Positions 24,084-35,831 of a stretch of 64,000 nt of DNA are shown in pieces. The stretch covers positions 6,572,001 through 6,636,000 of the forward strand of contig NC_090404.1 in the NCBI RefSeq assembly GCF_036365525.1. Direction: 5' to 3'. Numbering within the stretch: position 1 is the stretch's first letter; each line of letters opens with the position of its first letter. Under the pieces are notes generated by a model, which was given only the letters and a program-made list of their open reading frames with translations, was not told where the DNA came from and made no database searches. The position numbers were made by a program, and so were the translations under genes. This DNA comes from Heterodontus francisci (taxonomy: Eukaryota).

Positions 24084-24976
24084 AATGCCAACTTCAGTAT
24101 GAATCCTAGTTATTACGTTGGCTTATTTTTCATATCCCTGACCTAATAGTTGAATGATTCTCGTTTAAATCCACATGAAACCACAGAGATTTCGAATAGA
24201 TGTCGATTATTAATTATGTGCCCCATACAGAGAATCTCTGCTGTAACACATGGCAGACAAGGTGAGGGCATCGTGAGAGCAGCAAAGGGGAGCTATGGGC
24301 GGGGCTGCTGCCGCCAGTGTAAATCTCTGGTGGGGCAGTGAAGGGAAATGGTTAAACCTGTTCTGGTGTCCGTGCTCGTGACTCTCATTTTAAAAAAAAA
24401 GCTGCTCACTGACCATTGGAACTACCCAGAGCCGATATAAAGGGGAATACAGCTGTCCAAGGGTCCAACGGGATTCGAATACCTCGATGTGATAATCAGA
24501 CAAAGGGCGTCTTTCATACTCATGAAATGGGCACTGCCTGACAGGTTGGAGTAGAATGGGAGAATATTAACAGTAGATGGGCTCAGTGGTGCTGGGGTGA
24601 GTCGCTCATTACAAATATGTACAACTAATTGACTTTAGGAATAAGCATTTTCACAATAAGTTAGCATTTAGACACTAGGAACACAGTCTTCCATTTGAAC
24701 TTAACGGTTGCATTTTAATGCATGTTTCTTTAAAGTTTTAGTTAATTAAAAAGAACAATTCTCAGTTTGTAACATTCAAAGCGACAAATACATCCTCCTG
24801 CTGACCTCTGTTGGCGAGCACATGTAAACGTTTTAGAAATATGTTGAAGGGATTGCAGGGTAACATGGATTGGAAATGGCAGATTTGTTAGATAATTATT
24901 TTCTATCGGCCCTCAAATCTGCCCGCCATAACATCCGACTTCCGCCGGCGATGCCTCTGAAGTGGAAAGCGGTGGG

Positions 24977-25200
24977 AGTTTCTGTGCACAGATTTAACTG
25001 GTTTCCAACACTGTGAGTCTCCGGGTGCAGTAAGAATCTGCACTTTGGGTCAGCTTCATGCGAGATGGTTAATATGGTAAACTTAGTCGAGCTGCCCAGT
25101 TGTTCCAAAAAAACATGTTTTGGCAAAATGTATTTTGTCATCAGAGCCGCTGGAGTTCCCCATATGGAGGGATTGGTTTCTGATACTAACCAGTGAGCAG
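24977..25200 (-). pseudogene. V8: degenerate V relic (V4/V9 lineage) with 23-RSS (24977-25015)
   Basis: Remnants NSSGSDDKIHFAK and TKFTILTIS resemble KNSGGAEDKADFAK and TKFTSLTIS of V9; CACAGTG-23-ACAGAAACT; downstream flank resembles 9790-9890. Confidence 0.8.
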
Positions 25201-26186
25201 GACAAGTGAGTGGCAGGTGTGGAAGATGGGAAAAGAATATTAAAATGTGAATGACAGATGCGCCCTGAGATCTGATTTCTGAATCCATTCACTGTACCGT
25301 TAGTGGAGATCGATGTGAAAGGAGAGAAATACAAACCGAAACCGTCTGTATTTTGTTTCTTTTTCTGCTCCACTCATTTTTATATTCTGAGTGAAAGTTG
25401 TCTGTACAGTTTTTCATGTCCTTCTCGTGCTCCCCGCAATCTGCTCCCGCCACTTTCAGCCGATTAGGGGCAAATTGGTAAAAAGCACCGACACGCCGCT
25501 GTCTCAAGTTTCTTTCATCACAAGTCCAAACTCTGTAGATCATGGATTTTTAATTTAATCGTTATGGACACAAGGACGATCATAATTCAAAAGAAAGCAT
25601 TTAAACAACATTTTAAATGCCAGCGAGGGAGGAGAACGGTGCTGGAAACGCTGTATAAATTACAGTGGGAGTTTATTTTTTTTCTATTTCTGTTCAGTTG
25701 TTTGTTCAGTAACAGCAGATATTATCGTCCTAGTATGACGGTCTATAAATTGCTCAGACAAAATACGGAATCAGTGTTAGTTCACTAGATAACTGACCGG
25801 TGACGAATATCTCACTGGATTCACGGTTACCAGTGTGGTGATGGTGAAGATACTGGAATTTGAGAGGAAGAATTTATGCCAAAATAAACCAACCCCATTA
25901 ACAATCCCATGTTTCCGGTTACAATAACCAGACAAGGATTTCAGTCCCCGCCCCACGTCTCTCACAGCGGAACCATTCCCCATATAAGGACAGTGACTGT
26001 AGCCCAGCTCGGGGTGTTTCCGTTCACTGACAGCCAGCTCACCACCTACCGCTCTCACAGCACCACTGAGGACACAAGGAAGTGAGGTGAGAGAATCCTG
26101 AGACACGACAGCAGATTATTGAGGGTGGGGATTAGAACGGGTGTCTTCAAATATCCAACTCCCCTTTTACAGAGCGGACAGCGACA

Positions 26187-26652
26187 ATGCGGCTACTCAG
26201 CATCTGCGTTGTGTGGGGAGCATTTCTGACAGGTAATTGTGGGCTAAACACATTTCATCTTTTCTCCCATTTCACAAACATGGTTTAATTCTGAATTTTA
26301 AACAGTCGTCAGTCTGATCTTTTCCTGTTTAAACTTGTTTTTCAGATCGGAGTCATGGAGATTCTGTCACTCCGCTCCTGCCCTCAGATGTTAAGACAGA
26401 AGGAGAAGCGGTGACTTTAAGCTGTACCTATGATACTACATGGGTCGGCTATTATTTATCCTGGTACCGGCAACACCCAGATACACAGCCAGAATATATA
26501 TTGTGGAAAAACTCCGGCGGTGCTGAAGATAAAGCAGATTTTGCTAAACCCCGTTTCTCTGCTGAGCTCCAGACCGCTACTAAATTCACCAGTTTAACCA
26601 TCTCGGGTCTGCAGCTGACTGACGCTGCCGTGTATTACTGCGCTCTCAGACT
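26187..26652 (+). CDS. TCR alpha/delta-type V segment V9, apparently functional (leader 26187-26232, V exon 26346-26652)
   Basis: Leader MRLLSICVVWGAFLT, GTAATT donor, TTTTTCAG acceptor; DSVTP...LSC...WYRQ...DAAVYYCALRL. Confidence 0.93.
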
Positions 26653-26691
26653 CACAGTGATGGAAAGCAGTCTCGCCCCTGTACAAAAACT
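26653..26691 (+). promoter_or_regulatory. 23-RSS of V9
   Basis: CACAGTG, 23 bp, ACAAAAACT. Confidence 0.96.
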
Positions 26692-26855
26692 GCCTTTGGA
26701 CTGTGGGTGGGAGCTCCTGTCTGTTGGGAGTTGTGTAGAATCGCGGGCAGATGCAGCCACAATGTGCAGCGCGCAATCAGGCGCTCAAACACACACCGAG
26801 AGGAAACCAAATTAACCTCAGATCAAACTGTCACCCAACTGTGTCCAGGAGCGGC

Positions 26856-28479
26856 TCTTCCCACCTGCAGCCGTGGCTCTTCTGACCGCCTAGGTCATTT
26901 CAACAATTTCCAGTTTCCTGGCCCTAACCGCCTCCTCTTCACTACGGACCCTCAATCTCTCTACACCTCCATCCCCCACTAGAACGGTTTCAGGTTTCTC
27001 CACTTCTTTCTTGAACAGTGGCCCAACCTGTCCCCATCCACCACCACCCTCCCTCACCTGGCTAAACTTGTTCTCAGGTTGAACAACCTCTCCTTCAACT
27101 CCACTCACTTCCTTCACATACAACGTGTTGCTGTGAGTATCTGCATGGGTCCTAGTTATGACTGTCTTTTTGTGGGATATGTCGAACATTCCTTGTTCCA
27201 GTCCGACTCAGGCCCCCACCCCCATCTCTTTTTTCGGTACATTGATGACTGTATCGGTGTCGCTTCCTGCTCTCGCCCTGAACTGGAAAACTTTATCAAC
27301 TTTGCTTCTAATTTCCACCCTTCTCTCACCTTCAGATGGTCCATCTCCGACACTTCCCTTCCCTTCCTCGACTTCTCAGTCTCCATCTCTGGGAATAGGC
27401 TCTCCACTAATATTTGCTATAAACCCACCGACTCCCACAGCCATCTTGACTACCCTTCTTCACACCCTGTTTCCTGTAAGGATTTGATACCATTCTCCCA
27501 GTTTCTCCATCTCCAATGCATCTTTTGTGATGAAACAGCCATCCACAACAGGGATCCCCCTCCCCCCCCACCCCCGCCCTTCCACTATGGCTGACAGGGT
27601 CCTCAACCATGTCTAACCCATTTTCAGCACTTCTGCCCTCACCCTTTCCCCTCCCACCCAAAACCGCAACAGGGTTCCCCTTGTCCTCACTTTCCACCCC
27701 ACCAACTTCCACATCCAAAGGATCATCCTCCGCCATTTTCGCCACCACCAGCATGATGCCATTATCAAAGACAACTTCCCCTCCCCTCCCCTGTCAGCAT
27801 TCCGCAGGGACCGTTCCCGCTGTAACACCCTGGTCCACTCCTCCATCACCCCGACCTGTCTTCCCCTTCCCACGGCACCATCCCATGCAATAGCAGGAGG
27901 TGTAATACCTGCCCTTTTACCTCCTCTATCCGCACCACCCAAGGCCTTGAACACTTCTTCCAGGTGAAGCAGTGATTTATTTGTACTTCCTTCAACTTAT
28001 TCACTACTCATAATGCGGTCACCTCTGCAGCCGGCAGACCAATCGTAGATTGGGTGGCCACCTTGTGGAACACATCAGCTCAGTTCGAAAGCATGACCCC
28101 GAGCTTCCAGTTGCTTGTCATTTCAACTCACCACCCTGCTCTCATGCAAACATTTCTGAGCTTGACCTGCTGTAGTGTTTCAGTGAACATCAACGCAAAC
28201 TCGGGGAGCAACACCTCATCTTTCGATTGGGCACTCTACCGTCTTCTGCACTCAACATTGAGTTCAACAATTTCAGAGCATGACTGTTTTTTTTGTTGCT
28301 TCGTTTATTTTTTAAAGTATATTTTATAGTTTTCTTTTATTTTTTTAACCATGTGTCTGCCTTGTTTTTCATGTTGTGCTTTTGGAGAGAGCTGCTCATT
28401 ATTCTGCCATTAACACTCTCTCTGGATGAGTGCTTTGTCTTTCACCACAAGCATCAACATGCTCTTTGCCTTTTTCCCA
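26856..28479 (+). mobile_element. Penelope-like retroelement remnant (RT + degenerate GIY-YIG region)
   Basis: MGPSY..LFVGYVE, FFRYIDDC, LPFLD, YKPTDSH..LDY.SSHP, IPFSQF are Penelope RT motifs. Confidence 0.88.
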
Positions 28480-28719
28480 AGAGGAAACCAAATTAACCTC
28501 GGATCAAACTGATACCCAACTGTTTCCGGAGTGGCAGAGAAAACAAACTGCAGAATCCAATCGGACACACAGATCCAGAACAAAATCAATCTACCGGTTG
28601 GACTGTCCCTCCTGCTTCTCATCAACTGTTTATTCCCTTAAAATGAGCACTCGGTGTTCAAATCATCTACGAGAAAGACACATTCAGAAGTCCCTCAAAC
28701 CTGCAGAGACAATTATAGA

Positions 28720-28897
28720 GTGTAACCTGACACACGCAGACCGACGTCATACAGAGTGCATACTGACGTCACGCATAGCACGGCCTGACATCACACAGAC
28801 TGCAACCCGACGTCACAGAGACTACAGCCTGGCATCACGCAGAGTGTAGACTGATGTCATACAGACTGCAAACTGACGTAAGCATAGACTGCAGGCT
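28720..28897. repeat. Second CRE-like 22-bp tandem array (inverted homologue of 16716-16917)
   Basis: Units with TGACGTCA, TGACATCA, TGATGTCA, CGACGTCA, TGACGTAA at about 22-bp spacing. Confidence 0.8.
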
Positions 28898-29074
28898 GCA
28901 CTCTGGCACCAGGGGACATGGCAACTGGGGAATTTGGAGACTGAGAAGGGAATGTTGTCGATTGAGCGAAACTAGCAAAAGGAAACGCAGATGGGCATGA
29001 GCAAAGACAAAAACGAGACAGAGTCCAGTGATCGAGCAATAAATAAACGGAGAAAGATAGATAATGTTGAAATT

Positions 29075-29335
29075 GCGCGCAGTGAGTCACACAGAGAGAA
29101 ATCAACAGAGGGAGAAAGATAAAGTTGAGACTGAGCACCGTGAGTGATGCAGAGAGACAGCAACAGAGAGAGATAGATAGAGGTGAGACTGAGTACAATG
29201 ATACAGAGAGACACCAACACAGGGAGATAGATAAAGGTGAGACTGAGTACAGTGAGTGATGCAGAGAGAAACCAACTGAGTGAGATAGATAATTGTGAGT
29301 CTGAGTACAGTCATACAGAGAGACATCAACAAAAG
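29075..29335. repeat. Purine-rich minisatellite (about 55-60 bp units)
   Basis: Repeated GAGAGATAGATA..GGTGAGACTGAGTACA.TGA..CAGAGAGACA; shorter inverted homologue at about 16610-16715. Confidence 0.75.
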
Positions 29336-29454
29336 GATATTCATGCAGATGTGTATTTACAAATATAAAGGAACAGAAAGTGAAGAGTTTAAGAATGGTT
29401 GTACTGTCTATTCCCCCATCAGAATGACTCTTGATGCCGTGTCGTATTTTTAAA

Positions 29455-31820
29455 AATTCTTTCACGGGATGTGGACGTCACTTGCTAGGCCAACATCTAT
29501 TTCCCATCCCTAATTTCCCTTGAGATGATGGTGCCGAATGACTTTCTTGAACCGCTGCAGTCTCTGTAGTGTACGTAAACCCACTGTGTTATTAGGGAGG
29601 GAGTTCCAGGATCTTGACCCAGCGATAGTGAAGGAAAGGCGATATAGTTCCAAGTCAGGATGGTGTGTAGCTGGGAGGGGAACTTGCAGGTGGCGGTGTT
29701 CCCACTCATCTGCTGCCCTTGTACTTCTAGATGGTAGAGGTCACAGGTTTGGAGGGTGCTGTCTAAGGAGCCTTGGTGAGTTGCTGCAGTGCATCATGTA
29801 GATGTTACACATTGCTGCCACTGTGCGTCGGTGGTGGAGGTAGTGAATGCTGAAGGCAGTAAATGGGGTGTCGATCAAGTGGGCTGCTTTGTCTTGGATG
29901 ATGTCGAGCTTCCTGAGTGTTAATGTCGCTGAACCCATCCAGGCAAGTGGACAGTATTCCAGCACACTCCTGGCTTGAGCCTTGTAGATGGTGGTCAGGC
30001 ATGAGAGAGACAGCAGGTGAGTTACTCACCGCAGGATTTCCAGCCTCTGACCTGCTCTTGTAGATAAGGCATTTATGTGGCTGGTCCAGTTCAGTTTCTG
30101 GTCAATGGTAACCCGCAGGATGTTGATAGTGGGGGATCCAGCTATGGTAATGCCATTGAATGTCAAGGAGATATGGTTATATTCTCTCTTATTTGAGATA
30201 ATCAATACCTTGCACTTGTGTGGCACATATGTAACTTGCCACTTATCAGCCCAAGCCTGGATATTGTCCAGGTCTTGCTGCATTTCTACAAGGACTGCTT
30301 CAGTATATGAGGAGTGGCAAATGGTGCTGAATATTATGCAATCATCAGAGAACATCCCCACTTCTAAACTTATGATGGGGGGAATGTCATTGATGAAGCA
30401 GCTGAAGATCGTTGGGCCTATGACACTACCAGAAGAACTCCTGGGTTTGAAATGATTTACCTCCAACAGCCACAACCATCTTGCTGTGCGTTAGGTATGA
30501 CTCCAACCAGCAGAGAGGTTTGTCCCCTGATTTCCATTGATTCCAGTTTTGCTGGGGTTCCTTGATGTCATACTCGGTCAAAGCTGCCTTGATACCAAGG
30601 GCAGTCACTCTCTCCTCACAGCTGCCGTTCAGTTCTTTTGTCCACGTTGAAACCAAAGCTGTAACAAGGTCAGGAGCTGAGTGGCCCTGATGGACTCCAA
30701 ACTGAGCGTCATTGAGCAGGTTGTTGCTGAGCAAGTGCCGCTTCATAGCACTGATGACGACCCGTTCCATCACTTAGCTTGTGATTGAGAACGGAATAAT
30801 AGGGCGGTAATTGGCCGAGTTGGATTTGTCCTGCTTTTTTGTGCGTTTCCACGTTGCCAGGTAAATGATAGTGTTGTAGCTGTACTGGAACAGCTTGGCT
30901 AGGGGCGCGACTAGTTCTGGAGCACAGGTCTTCTGTACTATTGCTTGAACGTTGTCAGGGCCCATAGCCTATGCAGTATGCAGTGCCTTCAGCTGTTTCT
31001 TGATATCACGTGGAGTGATTCGGATTGACTGAAGACTCGCTTCTGTGATGCTGGGGACTACAGGAGGAGGCCGAGATAGATCATCCACTCGGCACTTCTG
31101 GCTGAAGATGGATGCAAGTGCTTCAACCTTGCCATTTGCACTGATGTGCTGGGCTCCCCCATTGTTGAGGATGAGGATATTGTAGAGCCTCCTCCTGCTG
31201 TTAGTTGTTTAATTGTCCACCTCCATTCACGACTGGATGTGGCAGTATTGTAGATCTGATCCGCTGGTCGTGGGATCGCTTAACCCAGTCTATTGCATGC
31301 TGGTTCCGCTGCTTGGCATGCAAGTAGTCCTGGTTTGTAGTTTCATAGGCTGATACCGCATAAGCCTGCTGCTGCATCTGGCATGCCATCCTGCACTCTT
31401 CATTGAATAAGGGTTGGTCCCCTAGCTTGATGCTAATGGTAGAATGGGGGATATTTATTTTTATTTATTTAGAGATACAGCACTGAAACAGGCCCTTCGG
31501 CCCACCGAGTCTGTGCCGACCAACAACCACCCCATTTATACTAATCCTACATTCTTACCGCATTCCCTATATTCCCCTACCACCTACCTACACTAGGTGT
31601 AATTTATAATTGCCAATTTACCTATCAACTTGCAAGTCTTTGGCTGTGGGAGGAAACCGGAGCCGGCGAAAACCCACAGGTCACAGGGAGAACTTGCAAA
31701 CTCCGCACAGGCAGTACCCAGAATTGAACCCGGGTCGCTGGAGCTGTGAGGCTGCGATGCTAACCACTGCGCCACTGTGCCGCCCATATGTTGGGCCATA
31801 TGGTGACAGATTGTGGTGGA
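29455..31820 (-). mobile_element. LINE (same family as 19625-21505) with intact 3' end and a nested SINE
   Basis: RT remnants QFGVHQGHSAPD, GPTIFSCFIND, MFSDD, LEYCPLAW. Confidence 0.88.
31455..31785 (-). mobile_element. tRNA-derived SINE (HE1/V-SINE type)
   Basis: - strand begins GGGCGGCACAGTGGCGCAGTGGTTAGC (A box)...GGGTTCAATTC (B box); CR1-like 3' tail and (TAAA)n end; ATAT duplicated on both sides. Confidence 0.88.
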
Positions 31821-32242
31821 GAGTGGGGGTGGGGGTTGGAGTGGGAGGAGTGTGGGGTCATTGGTCAGCGACGCGGAACGGGTGCCCTGGCTGATTTAGC
31901 CTCTTCCCACCTCATCCAAGGATTCAGGGGCCTGTTGCACTTAACCTTTTTGCTGCCCGAGGGTGGGGGAAGCTGCTACTTCCTGTGAACGCATTTTATC
32001 CTGCCCGGCTTTACGTAACTTGTCAAGCTTTGGAAGGGGGCAGATGATCATAGTCTTCTCGCGAGATAACTGAGTGCAATCATTGCCTTACAGTAGTTAT
32101 CAGGATTTGGGGTGGCAGGAAATCCCGTGTCGCGGGGAAGCTACGAGTTATTTAAAGAGGAGATTAGGCTGGGGCAGGGTGATGGGTTTCCCGATTTCTC
32201 AAACAGGGAACAAATATTGCTGGGGTCCTTCTCTCCAACAGC

Positions 32243-32350
32243 ACCGTGAATTTCTGTGCCATGAGCCCCACACTGCTGCAGAGATGTCGGGGATTCCCGG
32301 ACAAAACCCACACTGGGAGTTCCAGTTAGTTCTCAGTAGAGGGCGCTCTC
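32243..32350 (+). pseudogene. V10: 3'-terminal relic of the V3/V12 family with degenerate RSS and CTCF-like motif
   Basis: ACCGTGAATTTCTGTGCCATGAGCCC CACACTG...ACAAAACCC...AGAGGGCGCTCT, homologous to 6808-6916. Confidence 0.8.
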
Positions 32351-32944
32351 ACAGCGATAAACAGAAGCAATAATTCAGCCGCAGGGTCATGGGGAACTTC
32401 CAAAAATATCATAAAACAATACAATATTCAGCAAGAATAGGTTAGGACCACTTGGGGAATTATATTAGTTGATTTCAACTCGCATTTGCGCCAAAGCTGA
32501 TCTTCATAAATCCAGCTGTAGCGCTTCAATTTACTTTTTGTCCTTTGCTGGCCTTTCCGTGTCTGCCTGCAATATTGAGCAGCCCTTTCGCCATCTCCAC
32601 TGTCAGTTTCCCAGAGTCTTTGACCGCGGCCTGTTCACAAGGTTTATTTGATCGGACTGTGTTGCTGGCTCCGGGACAGTTTATGCACAATGAGCAGATT
32701 TCACAAGATAGTGACTGTGCTCTTTAAAACAAGCCGCAAGCAGAGAGTTCCCCCAGTGTCCATTGTGCTTCAGGGCGTCCCCTTAATGCTAGAATGTTTT
32801 CTGTCACCATTGACAACCTTGGACTTGCTGGTGATAATTAACAGACCAGGGTTTCATACCCACCCCTGGTATCTAACAGCGGCACCATTGCCCTGATAAG
32901 GAGAGTTACTGCAGCCCAGGTCGTACTGTTTCCATTCACTGAAG

Positions 32945-33063
32945 CTAACTCACAGCACCGATGGAGACACAATGAATGAGACGATGGAAGTGAGGTGAGA
33001 GCATTCTGAGACATGGCAGCAGATTATTGAAGGTAGGGATTAGAACGGGTGCCTTCAAATATG
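32945..33063 (+). repeat. Orphan copy of the V9-family promoter-proximal region
   Basis: Matches 26052-26155 (GGAAGTGAGGTGAGAG...CAGCAGATTATTGA...GAACGGGTG.CTTCAAATAT) but has no downstream leader. Confidence 0.8.
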
Positions 33064-33279
33064 TTTTCTGTGCTGGATCAGTCAGTCCTATTGGATTCTG
33101 AAGTTTGTTTTCTCGGCCGCTCCTGGAAACAGTTGGGTGACAGTTTGATCCGAGGTTAATTTGGTTTCCTCTCGGTGTGTGTTTGAGCGCCTGACAGCGC
33201 GCTGCACATTGCGACTGCATCTGCCCGCGATTCTACACAACTCCCAACAGACAGGAGCTCCCATCCATAGTCCAAAGTC

Positions 33280-33792
33280 AGTTTTTGTACAGGGGTGATA
33301 CTGCTTTCCATCACTGTGAGGCTGAAGGTTCAGTAATACATGGCAGCGTCAGTCAGCTGCGGCCACGAAATGGTTAAATTGGTGAATTTAGTCGCGGTTT
33401 GGAGCTTTACACAGAAACGGATTTTAGCAAAGTCTGCTTTATCTTCACCACCGCCTGTGTATTTCCACAGTACAAACTCGGGCTGTGTATCTAGGTGTTG
33501 TCGATACCAGTATAAAGAATAGTCGCTCCATGTAGTATCATAGGTACAGCTTAAAGTCACCGCTTCTCCTTCTGTCTTAACATCCGAAGAAAGGAGGTGA
33601 GTGACAGAATCTCCATGACTCCGATCTGAAAAAAAACCAGGTTCAAACAGGAAAAAAAATCAGACTGACGACTGTTTAAAATTCAAATTTAAACCATGTT
33701 TGGGAAATGATAGAAAAAAGATGAAATGTGTTTAGTCCACAATTATCTATCAGAAATGCTCCCCACACAACCCAGATGCTCAGTAGCCGCAC
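33280..33792 (-). pseudogene. V11: inverted paralog of V9, pseudogene (23-RSS 33280-33318)
   Basis: Start ATG>GTG, donor GT>AT, second Cys>TGA (MYY*); RSS CACAGTG-23-ACAAAAACT intact. Confidence 0.93.
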
Positions 33793-34411
33793 TGTCGCTG
33801 TCCGCTCTGTAAAAGGGGAGTTGGATATTTGAAGACACCCGTTCGAATCCACACCTTCAATAATCTGCTGTCGTGTCTCAGGATTCTCTCACCTCACTTC
33901 CTTGTGTCCCCAGTGGTGCTGTGAGACCGGTAGATGGTGAGCTGGCTGTCAGTGAATGGAAACACCCCGAGCTGGGCTACAGTCACTGTCCTTATATGGG
34001 GAATGGTTCCGCTGTGAGAGACGTGGGGCGGGGACTGAAACCCTTGTCTAGTTATTGTAACCGGAGACATGGGATTGTTAATGGATTTAGTTTATTCTGG
34101 CGTCAATTCCTCCTCTCAACTTCCAGTAACTTCACCATTATCACACTGTTAACTGTGACTGCAGTGAGATAACTAGTGACTAACAATGGTTCTGTATTTT
34201 GCCGGAGTGATTTATAGATCCGTCATATTAGAACGATGATCTCTGCTGTTACTGAACAAACAACTGAACAAAAATAAACTCTCGCTGCAATTTAAACAGA
34301 GTTTCAAGCACCGTTCTCTTCCCTGGTTTGCATTTAAAATGTTTAAATTCTTTCCGTTGCGTTCTGAATTTCTTTGTGTTTGTAATGATTCATTTAAACA
34401 TCCATAATGTA

Positions 34412-35395
34412 GTATATTTTTGTAGTATATATAAATGATTTGGAGGAAAATGTAGCTGGTCTGATTAGTAATTTTGCGGACGACACAAAGGTTGGTGGAG
34501 TTGCGGATAATGATGAGGATTGTCAGAGGATACAGCAGGATATAGATCGGTTGGAGACTTGGGCGGAGAAATGGCAGATGGAGTTTGTCCGGACAAATGT
34601 GAGGTAATGCATTTTGGAAGGTCTAATGCAGGTGGGATGTATACAGTAAATGGCAGAATCCTTAGGAGTATTGACAGGCAGAGAGATCTGGGCGTACAGG
34701 GCCACAAGTCACTGAAAGTGGCAACGCAGGTGGATAAGGTAGTCAAGAAGGCATTCGGCATGCTTGCCTTCATCGGTCGGGACATAGAGTATAAAAATTA
34801 GCAAGTCATGTTGCAGATGTACAGAACCTTAGTTAGGCCACACTTAGAATATTGCCTGCAATTCTGGTCGCCACACTACCAGAAGGACGTGGAGGCTTTG
34901 GAGAGGGTACAGAGGAGGTTTACTAGGATGTTGCCTGATCTGGAGGGCATTAGCTATGAGGAGAGGTTGGAAAAACTCGGATTGTTTTCACTGGAACGAC
35001 GGAGGCGGAGGGGCGACGTAGTAGAGGTTTACAAAGTTATGAGCGGCATGGACAGAGTGGATAGTCAGAAGCTTTTTCCCAAGGTGGAAGAGTCACTTAC
35101 TAGGGGACATCGGTTTAAGGTGCGAGGGGCAAAGTTTAGAGGGGATGTGCGAGGCAAGTTTCTTACACAGAGGGTGGTGAGTGCCTGGAACATGCTGCCA
35201 GGCGAGGTGATGGAAGCAGATACGATAGCGACGTTTAAGAGACATCTTGACAAATATATGAATAGGAAGGGAATAGAGGGATATGGGCCCCGGAAGTGCA
35301 GAAGGTGTTAGTTTGGGCAGGCATCAAGATCTGCGCAGGCTTGGAGGGCCGAATGGCCTGTTCCTGTGCAGTACTGTTCTTTATTCTTTGTTCTT
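34412..35395 (+). mobile_element. Young CR1 3' fragment
   Basis: Very similar to 23100-24083; 8-bp TSD ATAATGTA (34404-34411, 35396-35403); absent from the paralogous arm near 25535. Confidence 0.93.
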
Positions 35396-35750
35396 ATAAT
35401 GTACAGATTTTGGTTTTGCGCTGAGAGAGAATTGTGGGAGCGTTGCATCGGTGCTTTTTAGCAATTTGCCTCCCATCGGCAGAAAGTGGCGGTTGCAGAG
35501 CGCAGGGACCGGGTTCAAAGTCTCCAAGGTGAGGTGCGGGCGGATTCTCATAACATGAACTCAACACCAGTAGGACATGAATAACTGTGCTTTCCCCCAG
35601 AACAGAAAAATGTGTGGAGCAGAAAAAAATACAGAGAGTTTTGTTTTGTCTTCCGTACCATTAACATCGATTTCCGCTTTGTTGCAGTTTTCAGGCCCCT
35701 GTGACTCTCACGGTGGAGGCGCTGAATTATTGCTTCTGCTTTTCAGTGTG

Positions 35751-35767
35751 AGAGCGCCCTCTGGTGA
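35751..35767 (-). promoter_or_regulatory. CTCF motif about 25 bp beyond the V12 nonamer
   Basis: TCACCAGAGGGCGCTCT on - strand. Confidence 0.65.
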
Positions 35768-35791
35768 TCTCTAACTGGAACTCTCAGTGTG

Positions 35792-35831
35792 GGTTTTTGT
35801 ACGGGTTCTGCTACATCTCAGCAGCAGTGTG
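35792..35831 (-). promoter_or_regulatory. RSS of V12 (24-bp spacer)
   Basis: CACACTG (35825-35831), 24 bp, ACAAAAACC (35792-35800). Confidence 0.85.

Noticed and set aside
31720-31785. tRNA-like sequence with A and B boxes (also about 59425-59490)
   Set aside because: It is the head of a SINE, continuous with the SINE body and tail, not a tRNA gene.
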